A stretch of DNA of 64,000 nucleotides from Thermodesulfobacteriota bacterium (lineage in GTDB: Bacteria; Desulfobacterota; QYQD01): the NCBI GenBank assembly GCA_040754095.1, contig JBFMFO010000002.1:73853-137852 (forward strand), read 5' to 3'. This document shows positions 30,604 through 39,940 of the stretch, piece by piece. A program made the translations under genes and the position numbers. The notes below the pieces were generated by a model that was not told where the DNA came from, made no database searches, and saw only the letters and a program-made list of their open reading frames with translations. Numbering within the stretch: position 1 is the first letter of the stretch; each line of letters starts with the position of its first letter.

Positions 30604-31670
30604 TTTTTCTCAGTTTTTTCCTTTTTATCGATAAATTCTGATAGAATTCGAACGATTTTTTGGGACGCATCTCCGTCCCCGTAAGGAGACTTTTTAATAA
30701 ATTTTAGGGGCGTCTTGGCCCATTCAATAACTCTTTCAATATCTTTATCTGCCAAATGTCCCAAACCCATCTCAATCACTTCCGGTCGTTCTGTCTTTGC
30801 TCTGACGATTAACATCTTCTTATTGAAGCAGGTAGCTTCTTCTTGGATACCGCCGCTATCCGATATGATAAAACGAGCTTGATTTATTAACCTCAACATG
30901 TCCGGATAACCAATCGGTGGGATAACACGGATATTATCGGCTGTGAGTCTCGATCGATGCTTAGTAACGTTAGGATTTGGGTGTATAGGAAAGATCAGTT
31001 CCAGTTCCGGATTCTTGGAAGCAACTTTTTGCAATTCATCAAATAGCTGTGCCATGTGAGCATGGTTCTCTCTGCGATGTATCGTGACTAAAACCTTATT
31101 CGATTGATCCACAGTTAAGTGGAGACGATCCTTAAAATAATTAACAGCATCAACAATGGTATTTCCTACCAGATATATGTTCCGTGCACCACTATTGACG
31201 AGATTATCGTAAGCCTGTTTGGTTGGGGCGAAATTGAGACAGGCTACTTGAGTAATTAGGGTTCTATTCAACTCCTCGGGATAGGGACTTTCCATATCGA
31301 AGGTGCGTAATCCAGCTTCTACATGGGCGACCTTGATATTATTATAAAAGGCCATTTGTGCAAGTGCCCAGGCTGTTGTAGTATCTCCCTGAACAATAAC
31401 CATATCAAAATGATGATTAGAAAAAAGCCTTTCAGCGGCTTGACAGATCTTGATAAAACTCATTCCCAAAGAGTTATGTTTGCCACTTCCGCAGAAAACA
31501 TCAGCAAAACTAAAATCAGGTGATGGCACTAATTCTTTGACGTCTTCGTATAAATCGAGCTGTTGCCCGCTAAAAAGTGTTTTAAATGGTAACGCCTGCG
31601 CTTTCAGCTCATTAATTACCGGAAAAAGTTTGATTATCTCAGGTCTAGTACCAAATGCCACGAGTATCAT
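30600..31670 (-). CDS. wecB: UDP-N-acetylglucosamine 2-epimerase (non-hydrolysing)
   Basis: MILVAFGTRPEIIKLFPVI N-terminus and epimerase_2 family pattern; 356 aa. Confidence 0.85.
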   Translation of the reverse strand: MILVAFGTRPEIIKLFPVINELKAQALPFKTLFSGQQLDLYEDVKELVPSPDFSFADVFCGSGKHNSLGMSFIKICQAAERLFSNHHFDMVIVQGDTTTAWALAQMAFYNNIKVAHVEAGLRTFDMESPYPEELNRTLITQVACLNFAPTKQAYDNLVNSGARNIYLVGNTIVDAVNYFKDRLHLTVDQSNKVLVTIHRRENHAHMAQLFDELQKVASKNPELELIFPIHPNPNVTKHRSRLTADNIRVIPPIGYPDMLRLINQARFIISDSGGIQEEATCFNKKMLIVRAKTERPEVIEMGLGHLADKDIERVIEWAKTPLKFIKKSPYGDGDASQKIVRILSEFIDKKEKTEKK

Positions 31671-32410
31671 AATAGAATAGGCTTATACCCTCGTTCGATT
31701 TCATGTCTGACGACCCGCCAAAACTCCTTTGACTTATCAGAACTACAGCTAATAGCTACCTTGTCCACACCCCGTTCCGGTTTTACTGATCCCCATAAAG
31801 ACCTATCGTTTTCCGGATGAGGGGGACAGGCAACACGAATATTATGACGCTGGAGCATGGCGCAAAAATGAATATCTTCACCGAAACTCCGGAGAAGAGG
31901 CTCTTCATCCCAGAAATATCTAGCCCATTCCCGCCGCAAAAACCAGCTATGACCAACTACGTCCACATATTCCGGATGAGTGTTCATAGCCTCCCAGCCC
32001 ATCCTGGGTTTTTCCGTCTTCAGTTCGTTACTCGATAAAAAACGGAGGCCTATCGTTCCACACATTACATTTTTGCTATCGACGTAGCTTAAACAATTTT
32101 CAAACCAACGTTCCCCCGGCATCGTATCATCATCAAAAATGCAAACGTATTCTCCCTCCATACATGAGGCCATGGAAAACCGTGGGATAATACCAAAGTT
32201 GTAATCACAGATAATCTTTTTTATATGTTTATCATTTTTAAAACTCACCAGTTGTTTTCTTTCCAGGAAACCTAACTTCTTAGGTGGGCTATTATACCAT
32301 AGTACAACTTCGTGAGGACGGATGCTTTGATCAAGTACTCGCTCAACCTGTTCCTCTAAGAACTGTGGTCTGCACCACGCCGTTAAGATAACAGAAATTT
32401 TAGTTTTCAT
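31667..32410 (-). CDS. GT-A fold glycosyltransferase (family 2-like)
   Basis: ISVILTAWCRPQFLEEQVERVLDQS N-terminal GT2 pattern and DxD (IFDDD). Confidence 0.45.
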   Translation of the reverse strand: MKTKISVILTAWCRPQFLEEQVERVLDQSIRPHEVVLWYNSPPKKLGFLERKQLVSFKNDKHIKKIICDYNFGIIPRFSMASCMEGEYVCIFDDDTMPGERWFENCLSYVDSKNVMCGTIGLRFLSSNELKTEKPRMGWEAMNTHPEYVDVVGHSWFLRREWARYFWDEEPLLRSFGEDIHFCAMLQRHNIRVACPPHPENDRSLWGSVKPERGVDKVAISCSSDKSKEFWRVVRHEIERGYKPILL

Positions 32411-33021
32411 GTGTGATGAATCCGTATTATGTCGTCTTTGACATCAAAAATTGAGTTTGAGTACTTTTCCCCCACAAACTCTCTGAGTTGAGACAAGGTG
32501 GGGTAACCATTTTGTCCGGTGAAACTCCTCGCATCATCAATTAAAATGACATGATTCTTAATAGGATGGCTAAAAATGTATTGCAGTTCCTTCATTATTG
32601 GTGTGTCTAAATCTCCCTTACCGGTTTCTCCACCTGAATAATGTGCATCAAGCCAAAACAGAACCGGTTCTTTAATATTGCTTAAAATTTTCGGTAAAAT
32701 ATATCCGCTATCGCCATAATACAGACAAATATGTCTGTGACCCGCAAACTTTTTAACTGCTTTTTGGTACAAAGGTTCATATACTTCTATAGAGTGTATA
32801 GATGTAAAGTAATTTCTCATCGACTCAACCATATCTCCATAATACGTTCCGGTTTCTACCATAATTCTAATTCTAAACCTATCCGCATATTTTTTTACTA
32901 CCCATTGTTTTACTACATGGGGAGGGGGGATAGGTCTTCCTTTAATTATCCAAAACAATCTATCCCATACTTTATTAGGCAATATTCTTTTTATCTCTTG
33001 TTTAAAATTTCTATAACCCAC
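32407..33021 (-). CDS. class I SAM-dependent O-methyltransferase (TylF/MycF / CmcI-like)
   Basis: VETGTYYGD SAM-binding-like motif and LDAHY...G pattern; 204 aa; AT-rich. Confidence 0.5.
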   Translation of the reverse strand: MGYRNFKQEIKRILPNKVWDRLFWIIKGRPIPPPHVVKQWVVKKYADRFRIRIMVETGTYYGDMVESMRNYFTSIHSIEVYEPLYQKAVKKFAGHRHICLYYGDSGYILPKILSNIKEPVLFWLDAHYSGGETGKGDLDTPIMKELQYIFSHPIKNHVILIDDARSFTGQNGYPTLSQLREFVGEKYSNSIFDVKDDIIRIHHT

Positions 33022-34170
33022 TTAATACATCCTCTTTTCATATACCTTTAAAACTCTATCCACTGTCACTTCCCATGTATTATGGAGCGCTGTTTCTAAG
33101 GCTTCCTTCCCCATTTTGGTCCTGACTTCCTCATCCATCATCAAGGCAATTCTACTGGAGATTTTATCTGCATCGTCTGTATTCTCAAGAATAAAACCAT
33201 TAATCCCCTCTTTCACCAAGTCCTTTGCTCCCACGTTTCCACTGATTATGACTGGCAAGGAAGCCGCCATGGCTTCGAGTACGGACATCCCAAAGGTGTC
33301 AAATTTCGAAGGCATGGAAAAGATATCGCTGGCCGGATAAATTTTATCGAGCAGCTCTTTCTGAACAATCCCTGCAAAAACGACTTGGTCTTTTATTCCT
33401 AAATTGCGAGCCAACCTTTTGTACTTCTCATCATCACCTTTTCCTACGACCAGTAATTTAACCCTTTCCGAGGGGTGTCTCAACTTGAAGTTAGCTAACC
33501 CCATCATAAGCTTATCAAGGCCCTTAATATCAAAATTCATAGAAACAAACAAAATCACCCGATCTGATAAATCTATGCCAAATTTCTTTCTTATCTCCTG
33601 GCGGCAATGCTGCCGATCAACCCCTTGAAATCTTTGGATATCAACACCGGGAGGGATGACATGGACTTTGTCTGGATTAATATCTTTATATTCTTGCAGG
33701 AATTTCTCCTTGGCCAGGTTGGATACGGCCAGAAATCTCCGGCACCTTTTGTTTGTGACCAGTTTTTTTTCGGCCCATGTCGTTGCGTAATCAAAGAGGC
33801 TCACGCGTTTTTTACGCACTTCACGGACCCAGATTCGGTGCGGGATACCGTGCATGGTAAATATGTCGGCATTAAATATCCTGTCATGGGCGTGGACCAA
33901 GTCGAAGACCATTTTTGATATCTTGCGGTCTGCGAAATACGCGAAACTGACTGTGGTCAGGAATTTGGGGAGACCAATAACCGGAACGTGATGAAAGGTA
34001 ATATGTTCTGAGTTTTTTTGCCATTTATTAGCAAAAACATGCACTTCAAATCGCCTGTCCTGAGCAATCCTTTCCGTCAATTCAGCGACAAAACCTTCCG
34101 CCCCACCTACCAAGCCGTATTTTGGAATAACAACGGCTATTTTGCGGGGATTAAGAGGATTAATTAACAT
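33022..34170 (-). CDS. glycosyltransferase family 4 (GT-B, RfaG-like)
   Basis: GT4 N-domain plus Glycos_transf_1 C-domain (E-x7-E region; FGMSVLEAMAASLPVI). Confidence 0.8.
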   Translation of the reverse strand: MLINPLNPRKIAVVIPKYGLVGGAEGFVAELTERIAQDRRFEVHVFANKWQKNSEHITFHHVPVIGLPKFLTTVSFAYFADRKISKMVFDLVHAHDRIFNADIFTMHGIPHRIWVREVRKKRVSLFDYATTWAEKKLVTNKRCRRFLAVSNLAKEKFLQEYKDINPDKVHVIPPGVDIQRFQGVDRQHCRQEIRKKFGIDLSDRVILFVSMNFDIKGLDKLMMGLANFKLRHPSERVKLLVVGKGDDEKYKRLARNLGIKDQVVFAGIVQKELLDKIYPASDIFSMPSKFDTFGMSVLEAMAASLPVIISGNVGAKDLVKEGINGFILENTDDADKISSRIALMMDEEVRTKMGKEALETALHNTWEVTVDRVLKVYEKRMY

Positions 34171-34177
34171 TAGAGGG

Positions 34178-35131
34178 TTAAAGGAGTCTTCTCTTACCGA
34201 CCAAATAATAATTATTTGGTGAATGCCGAAGTTGCCAATTACACCATTCTATATCAGTTCTGGTATCTATCCAGTTTCTAAAGAACTCGATGTTATTTAC
34301 TTTTTCGAACTGATGTTGATAGGCGATCATAAATGTCTTAAATTGAGATGTTAAAGAGAGAATAGACTCTCTAAGGTCCATCGGCACCTCACTAATTGAC
34401 CAAGTGGCGATGAACATAGAATCCATCCCTTCAATATGTACTGGAATGATATCCATCATCTGTTCTAAATCCGAGAGGCAAATTACGCCATTTTCGGCGT
34501 CATTGAATGATTCGACTGAGTGGACTAATATGGCTGTGGATTTAAGATAGAACTGTTGCAATGCAGAAAAAGGGGGGAGGTCAAAAATAACATATTTCCC
34601 CCTGAATCCCAAATTGTGAAGTAATCTGCACATGCCTCCATAACCACCGCCAAATTCAAGGACAAAATCCATGTCATTAACATGCGTTTCGTTTTGTTCT
34701 TCAAATTTAGCTAAGCAGTAGGCCTGATGAATCAAGTTTCCGCTACTAACTGGATATCTCCAATATGGTATTGGATATCCAGTTGTAGATTCCTTAATTG
34801 CTTCACGCCAACGGCTTCTCCATTCAGGATGATTCTTAAGATATTTTAATTCTATTTTTACATATCTGGCATTCGTTACAAACATCGTCTGTACGATAAC
34901 GTCCCAGCGGAGGAACTCTCTGGGGTCATCATTTATGACTAATTCTCTCAGACGGTTTATATTCTTTAACCATGCTTCTTCGCAGGGTAATAAATTTGCC
35001 ATCTTCAATTGTGAAAGTCCATGAAAAGTGGCTTTAAGTTCGCTAACTAATTCTTTTTCCCTGTTGGTTGGTGGCGCAAGTGGTTTATCAAATGCGACCG
35101 ATACTAATTTGGAAATGAGATTCTTCAACAT
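34178..35131 (-). CDS. putative SAM-dependent (sugar O-)methyltransferase
   Basis: LEFGGGYGG glycine-rich SAM-binding motif I followed by an acidic residue at the end of beta2 (IFD). Confidence 0.4.
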   Translation of the reverse strand: MLKNLISKLVSVAFDKPLAPPTNREKELVSELKATFHGLSQLKMANLLPCEEAWLKNINRLRELVINDDPREFLRWDVIVQTMFVTNARYVKIELKYLKNHPEWRSRWREAIKESTTGYPIPYWRYPVSSGNLIHQAYCLAKFEEQNETHVNDMDFVLEFGGGYGGMCRLLHNLGFRGKYVIFDLPPFSALQQFYLKSTAILVHSVESFNDAENGVICLSDLEQMMDIIPVHIEGMDSMFIATWSISEVPMDLRESILSLTSQFKTFMIAYQHQFEKVNNIEFFRNWIDTRTDIEWCNWQLRHSPNNYYLVGKRRLL

Positions 35132-35137
35132 ATATGC

Positions 35138-36418
35138 CTAGTTTTTATTCCGTATTACTATGGTGACTCCATAATTAAGACGCCATAAAATAGTCATCAT
35201 AGCGAAAATAGCGTAAAGCACAATCGCAGGTGGGCCACTGTGTATGTTTTCAAACATCCCCTGGATAAAGACGGCAACAAATGCAGCCATGAGACAAAGT
35301 CCCCAGCTTTTTATAAAATCGTCTTTTCCATATTTCATTGTCTTCCATCCCATTCGGACAAATGCAAATATTATGTAAAGATACAATGCAAGGCCTACAA
35401 GACCGAGTCTCGCGGCCACATCAAGTAATAAGTTATGAGGAGCAGCAGTAGGCGTTTCTTGTCTATATTCGATGGGTATTCTTGCGTTATATCTATTTAA
35501 AAGATCCTTATTATCATAAGTTTGCATTCCAAAACCGATACCGGTGATTGGGTAATCTTTAACGATTTCGATGAAGTTATAAGTTATGTTTATTCTAGGA
35601 TCATTCCGTATTTTACTTACGATGCTTTGCGTGGCTAAACGATGCCTTACAGGCAAAAATATCATAGCAACTAACAAAAACATAATAAAAATGACCACTG
35701 TTTTTTTATTTTTCAAAAATAATATAGGCAGAGAAAACACGATGGCGAGCAATGTACCTATCGTTTGTGTTAAAAGGGTGGCCAAAGACGTTACTATTAG
35801 GCAAATGGCGAGGAGAGTTTTACGATATATGCTTATCTTCTCATGGAGATATTGTAATGATAAGATAATGGCAAATAGGGTTACAATACCAATAATGTTA
35901 ATTGGAATTTCAGTGAAGTCAAGGCCAAGTCGTGTTGTTATATTATTTCCCAAGAAGAAGTAAAAATAAGTGATTGCCCAGATCGAAAAAGCCGCTGCGG
36001 ATAAGATTGTGACCCACATTAACCCCACAAGCCGTTTCTTAGCATTAAAAAAATTGACCAATATATAATAGAAAGTTAAATACTTTAGTAAATGTGCATA
36101 AAAGTCATGGATGCTATTTGGGTTGTTGAGCGCAAAGAACAGGCCAACAAAGACCCAAATGGTAAAGAGCGCAAAGGGCATACTCAATGGCATCTTGAAG
36201 GAAAAACTAACCTTTTTAAAAACTAACAGCAGAAGTACGATAAGGGCCGAAAGATAAAAACAAGCTTCCTTTATCGTGGTTGTGTGGGGAAAGGGGTTGA
36301 AGAATAAGAATATTCCCATTAATATGGGAATGCTTTGTTTAAAAAGTTCGAATATTCTATCGCCTTTTTTTACCTTTTCCATTGGTTTTAAGTCACTGAC
36401 AGCTTTGTCATACAACAT
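35138..36418 (-). CDS. O-antigen ligase / polymerase family membrane protein (WaaL/Wzy-like)
   Basis: 426 aa with about 10-12 hydrophobic helices and a periplasmic loop region; sits in the glycan cluster. Confidence 0.7.
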   Translation of the reverse strand: MLYDKAVSDLKPMEKVKKGDRIFELFKQSIPILMGIFLFFNPFPHTTTIKEACFYLSALIVLLLLVFKKVSFSFKMPLSMPFALFTIWVFVGLFFALNNPNSIHDFYAHLLKYLTFYYILVNFFNAKKRLVGLMWVTILSAAAFSIWAITYFYFFLGNNITTRLGLDFTEIPINIIGIVTLFAIILSLQYLHEKISIYRKTLLAICLIVTSLATLLTQTIGTLLAIVFSLPILFLKNKKTVVIFIMFLLVAMIFLPVRHRLATQSIVSKIRNDPRINITYNFIEIVKDYPITGIGFGMQTYDNKDLLNRYNARIPIEYRQETPTAAPHNLLLDVAARLGLVGLALYLYIIFAFVRMGWKTMKYGKDDFIKSWGLCLMAAFVAVFIQGMFENIHSGPPAIVLYAIFAMMTILWRLNYGVTIVIRNKN

Positions 36419-36576
36419 ACTGAATAATCTCTCTTTTCTAAAAAAGCACTCAGCTTAGACCGTGAGAGGTTTCTTATCATATTTGATCAAAAGATGCATC
36501 ATTTTTGCCTCCATGATAGGTTATGGTATATAATTTTGGGACCTATGAAACCCGACAAGATTTAATAACCAAGTGT

Positions 36577-37359
36577 ATGATAGAAAAGATTCCCCTTTCA
36601 ATCGCCATAATAACCAAAAACGAGGCAGAAAACCTACCCGGATGTCTGAAAAGCATAAGCTTTGCCGGGCAGATTGTTGTGGTGGATTCCGGCAGCACCG
36701 ACGACACGGTAAAAATTGCAGCAGACTTTGGGTGCGACGTATTCATCGAACCTTGGCGGGGATTCGGTCTCCAAAAGCAATTTGCCATCGATAAATGCAG
36801 AAATAAATGGATACTCGTGCTGGATGCGGATGAACGAATACCACAGGAAACCGCTCTTGCTATAAAACATATTGTTTCTAAAGATTCAGGAAGTATTGCC
36901 GGGTATAGCTTCCCCAGAAAAAACTACTTTCAGGGGCGATGGATCAGGCACTCCGGATGGTGGCCGGACCGGGTGGTCAGGCTTTTCCAGAAGGATTACG
37001 GTCAAATGTCCCAGGCAAAGGTCCACGAATCCGTAGTGGTCAATGGTCCCGTGCGGGAGGTGGATGTGCCCATAGAGCATTATACCGAAAGTCGCTTTAG
37101 TCAAATTTTACTTAAGATAGACCATTATTCCACCTTGGCCGCCCAAGAGGCATTTGACCAAGGCAGAAAAGCCTCGGTCTGGTCTGCTGTCTTCCGCGCA
37201 TCTCTTACATTTTTTCAGGACTATTTTTTAAGATTCGGGGTTCTGGATGGCGCACAGGGATTCACCCTGGCCATTACCGATTCGGTGAATAAATTCTTTA
37301 AATATGCCAAGTTGGCTGAATTAAACAGACAGGCCAAACTGAATCGGCATAATCGCTGA
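36577..37359 (+). CDS. glycosyltransferase family 2 (LPS core, WaaE/KdtX-like)
   Basis: LSIAIITKNEAENL ... VVDSGSTDDT ... LDADE GT2 motifs; start taken at the ATG at 36577. Confidence 0.8.
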   Translation: MIEKIPLSIAIITKNEAENLPGCLKSISFAGQIVVVDSGSTDDTVKIAADFGCDVFIEPWRGFGLQKQFAIDKCRNKWILVLDADERIPQETALAIKHIVSKDSGSIAGYSFPRKNYFQGRWIRHSGWWPDRVVRLFQKDYGQMSQAKVHESVVVNGPVREVDVPIEHYTESRFSQILLKIDHYSTLAAQEAFDQGRKASVWSAVFRASLTFFQDYFLRFGVLDGAQGFTLAITDSVNKFFKYAKLAELNRQAKLNRHNR

Positions 37360-37390
37360 CTATAGGTGTAGTCACTGGTCATTAGTCAAA

Positions 37391-37496
37391 GTCAATTTTT
37401 CACGCGAAGACGCAAAGACCGCGAAGACAACGTATTGTTATCAAAGAAAAAATTTTGCGTCCTTGGCGGTTTTGCGTGATATTTTGGATTTTTTAG
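37391..37496 (+). repeat. family A short variant (two TIR-like ends, ~105 bp)
   Basis: cacgcgaagacgcaaagaccgcgaag ... ttttgcgtccttggcggttttgcgtgatatttt. Confidence 0.6.
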
Positions 37497-37529
37497 AAAC
37501 CGTCAACTCTGTGAACTCTGTGGTAACAA

Positions 37530-38444
37530 ATGGATATTTCATTCATTATTGTCAATTGGAACACGAAAAACCTGCTGCGAAACTGTCTGAATTCCATCCG
37601 CAAGACGGTACAAGGTATCGCTTTTGAGATCATCGTGGTTGATAATGCCTCTCATGATGGAAGCGTGGCCATGCTGCGTGAGGAGTTTCCGCAGGTTACG
37701 ATTATCGAAAACAACACCAACCGTGGCTTCGGGGCGGCCAATAACCAAGCTATTAGTATCATGAAGGGCCGCTATGCATTGTTTCTGAATACAGATACAG
37801 TTTTAAAAGAACATGCCGTTTATGAACTATTTTCCTTTATGGAGGCCCACCCGAAAGCGGCCATGGCCTGCGGACAGCTTTTGAATGCCGACGGGAGCAA
37901 GCAGAATTCAATTGCCAATTTTCCGACTCTTTTTACGCTCCTCCTTAATACCTCTCTTCTCGAATACCTTTTCCCGAAATACTATCCAAGCAAGCGATAT
38001 AATTACAAAGAGCCGATTGAAATCGACTCAGGGATTGGCGCATGTCTTATGGTGCGGAAGCAGGCCATAGATGAAGTCGGAATGTTCGATGAGCGCTACT
38101 TTTTCTTTTTTGAAGAGACAGACTGGGCGTTACAAATGAAAACGGCAGGCTGGAAGATTTACCATGTCCCTTCAGCCTTTATTTATCATCTCCAGGGACA
38201 GAGTATCGGTCGGGATGTTCGTTCCCGGATCGAGTTTTATCGTTCCCGGTATCAATTTTTTCGAAAATGGAAGGGCCGTAGCTACTATCAATTTGTTTCT
38301 CTGGTAATCTTCGTACGTACGATCATAAATTGGTTATTAACGTCATTTTGGAATCTGGTCACGCTTTTTACTAATAAAAAATTAAGGAATAAATGGGTAG
38401 TCAATTCAAAGCTTATACTCTGGCACTTAAACGGTCGCCCCTGA
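37530..38444 (+). CDS. glycosyltransferase family 2
   Basis: ISFIIVNWNT ... VVDNASHDGS ... LNTD GT2 motifs; 304 aa. Confidence 0.8.
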   Translation: MDISFIIVNWNTKNLLRNCLNSIRKTVQGIAFEIIVVDNASHDGSVAMLREEFPQVTIIENNTNRGFGAANNQAISIMKGRYALFLNTDTVLKEHAVYELFSFMEAHPKAAMACGQLLNADGSKQNSIANFPTLFTLLLNTSLLEYLFPKYYPSKRYNYKEPIEIDSGIGACLMVRKQAIDEVGMFDERYFFFFEETDWALQMKTAGWKIYHVPSAFIYHLQGQSIGRDVRSRIEFYRSRYQFFRKWKGRSYYQFVSLVIFVRTIINWLLTSFWNLVTLFTNKKLRNKWVVNSKLILWHLNGRP

Positions 38445-38452
38445 GTGGATAG

Positions 38453-39565
38453 ATGTTTATTAAAGGTCAACCTCTTCAAAAAAGAGATACAGAAAATATC
38501 CTCATCATACAACTGGGTGATATTGGTGATGTGGTCTGGGTTACCCCGACCTTATGGGCCGTCAAAGAAAAATATCCGGCCGCAAACGTATCGATTCTTG
38601 TGTGGGAAGGTTTTGGAACACTTTTAGCAGAAGACCCGTCTCTCCATAAGATATTTGAGGTCAGGCGTTATAAAGGAAGCTTCTTTAAAAAAGCCATCGA
38701 GCAAATACGCTTTATAAGAGGCTTGCGTAAGGAACATTTTGACCTTGTCTTTGATCTACGGGCCGGGGATCGGGGAGCAATAATGGCCTATATTACAGGC
38801 GCCCCGATTAGGGTGTCCATGCTTTACCGCAACGTGCCCTTCTGGCGAAATATGTTATTTACCCATGTGGTTGATCCTCCCGCACCCCCGGAAAAGATTT
38901 TAGGCGCTGCAGAGCAATCCCTCCGTATTGTGAGAGAATTCGGCATCAATACGGAAAATACCATTCCCAAATTGTGGGTTTCTGGAAATGTTAAAGAGCA
39001 GGTGCGGCAACTCCTCGATCGCCAAAACATTCTTAATCTCAATCAACGATGGATTACACTAAATTCCTTTTCCAGGTGGCAATATAAAGAATGGGATTAT
39101 GATAAATGGGTTCAGATCATGGACTGGATGTGGGACAAATATGAGCTTTCAACAGTCATTGTCGGCTCTCCTGAGGAAAGAGATAATGCATCTGAATTAG
39201 CTAAAAAATGCCGGGGAAGAGTATTTAATCTCGCCGGCCAGACCACATTGGGTGAGTTGGCCGGAGTACTGGCCTTGAGTTTTTTACATGTGGGTGTAGA
39301 TAGCGCGGCTCCTCATATAGCCGCGGCTGTGGGGACTCCTACTATAACTATCTACGGCCCCTCAGACTGGAAGGACTGGGCGCCTCCGGGCGACGATCAC
39401 CGTGTCGTCATCCCCGATGACGACTGCGCGCCCTGCCATCAGAAAGGCTGTGATTCTACGGGGTGGAGTAAGTGCCTTCAGAATCTTGAAACGGATAAGG
39501 TACAAAGAGCTATTCAAGAGATGATGGAAACACAAGCGCAGAGAAACGATACATTTAGTGCCTGA
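38453..39565 (+). CDS. glycosyltransferase family 9 (LPS heptosyltransferase, RfaF/WaaC-like) with a Cys-rich C-terminal tail
   Basis: ILIIQLGDIGDVV N-terminus typical of GT9; 370 aa; C-terminus DDDCAPCHQKGCDSTGWSKC. Confidence 0.8.
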   Translation: MFIKGQPLQKRDTENILIIQLGDIGDVVWVTPTLWAVKEKYPAANVSILVWEGFGTLLAEDPSLHKIFEVRRYKGSFFKKAIEQIRFIRGLRKEHFDLVFDLRAGDRGAIMAYITGAPIRVSMLYRNVPFWRNMLFTHVVDPPAPPEKILGAAEQSLRIVREFGINTENTIPKLWVSGNVKEQVRQLLDRQNILNLNQRWITLNSFSRWQYKEWDYDKWVQIMDWMWDKYELSTVIVGSPEERDNASELAKKCRGRVFNLAGQTTLGELAGVLALSFLHVGVDSAAPHIAAAVGTPTITIYGPSDWKDWAPPGDDHRVVIPDDDCAPCHQKGCDSTGWSKCLQNLETDKVQRAIQEMMETQAQRNDTFSA

Positions 39566-39940
39566 ATGTTGCGTTAAAACCCTCATATTTATTATGCAGC
39601 ATTCTTGATAGTCTCATAAAAAGTTCACACTGAACCAAACCGGATGAAGTTTCCACCTTGTCCTTGGGTATCTTCTGGGCCCCAAACCGACATAACCTTT
39701 CCCAATCCTTTCCGCCTGTTCATTGAAGCTCCCCGCAGCAAGCAGCGGGGAATGCGCTCGCTATGCATGTTCATAAGGAACTCTACCTGTAGTTAGCCCG
39801 CCCACGAGTAACCCTGTTATGCAATATTTTCCGTGCCGTTTTTATGACGGCATTATGTGGCTGCAAGATGGCAAAAGCAGGTTGCTTTTTAAGATGAGGT
39901 GGAGTAAAGAAGATGTCTCACATCACCTCTGGAGGGAATA

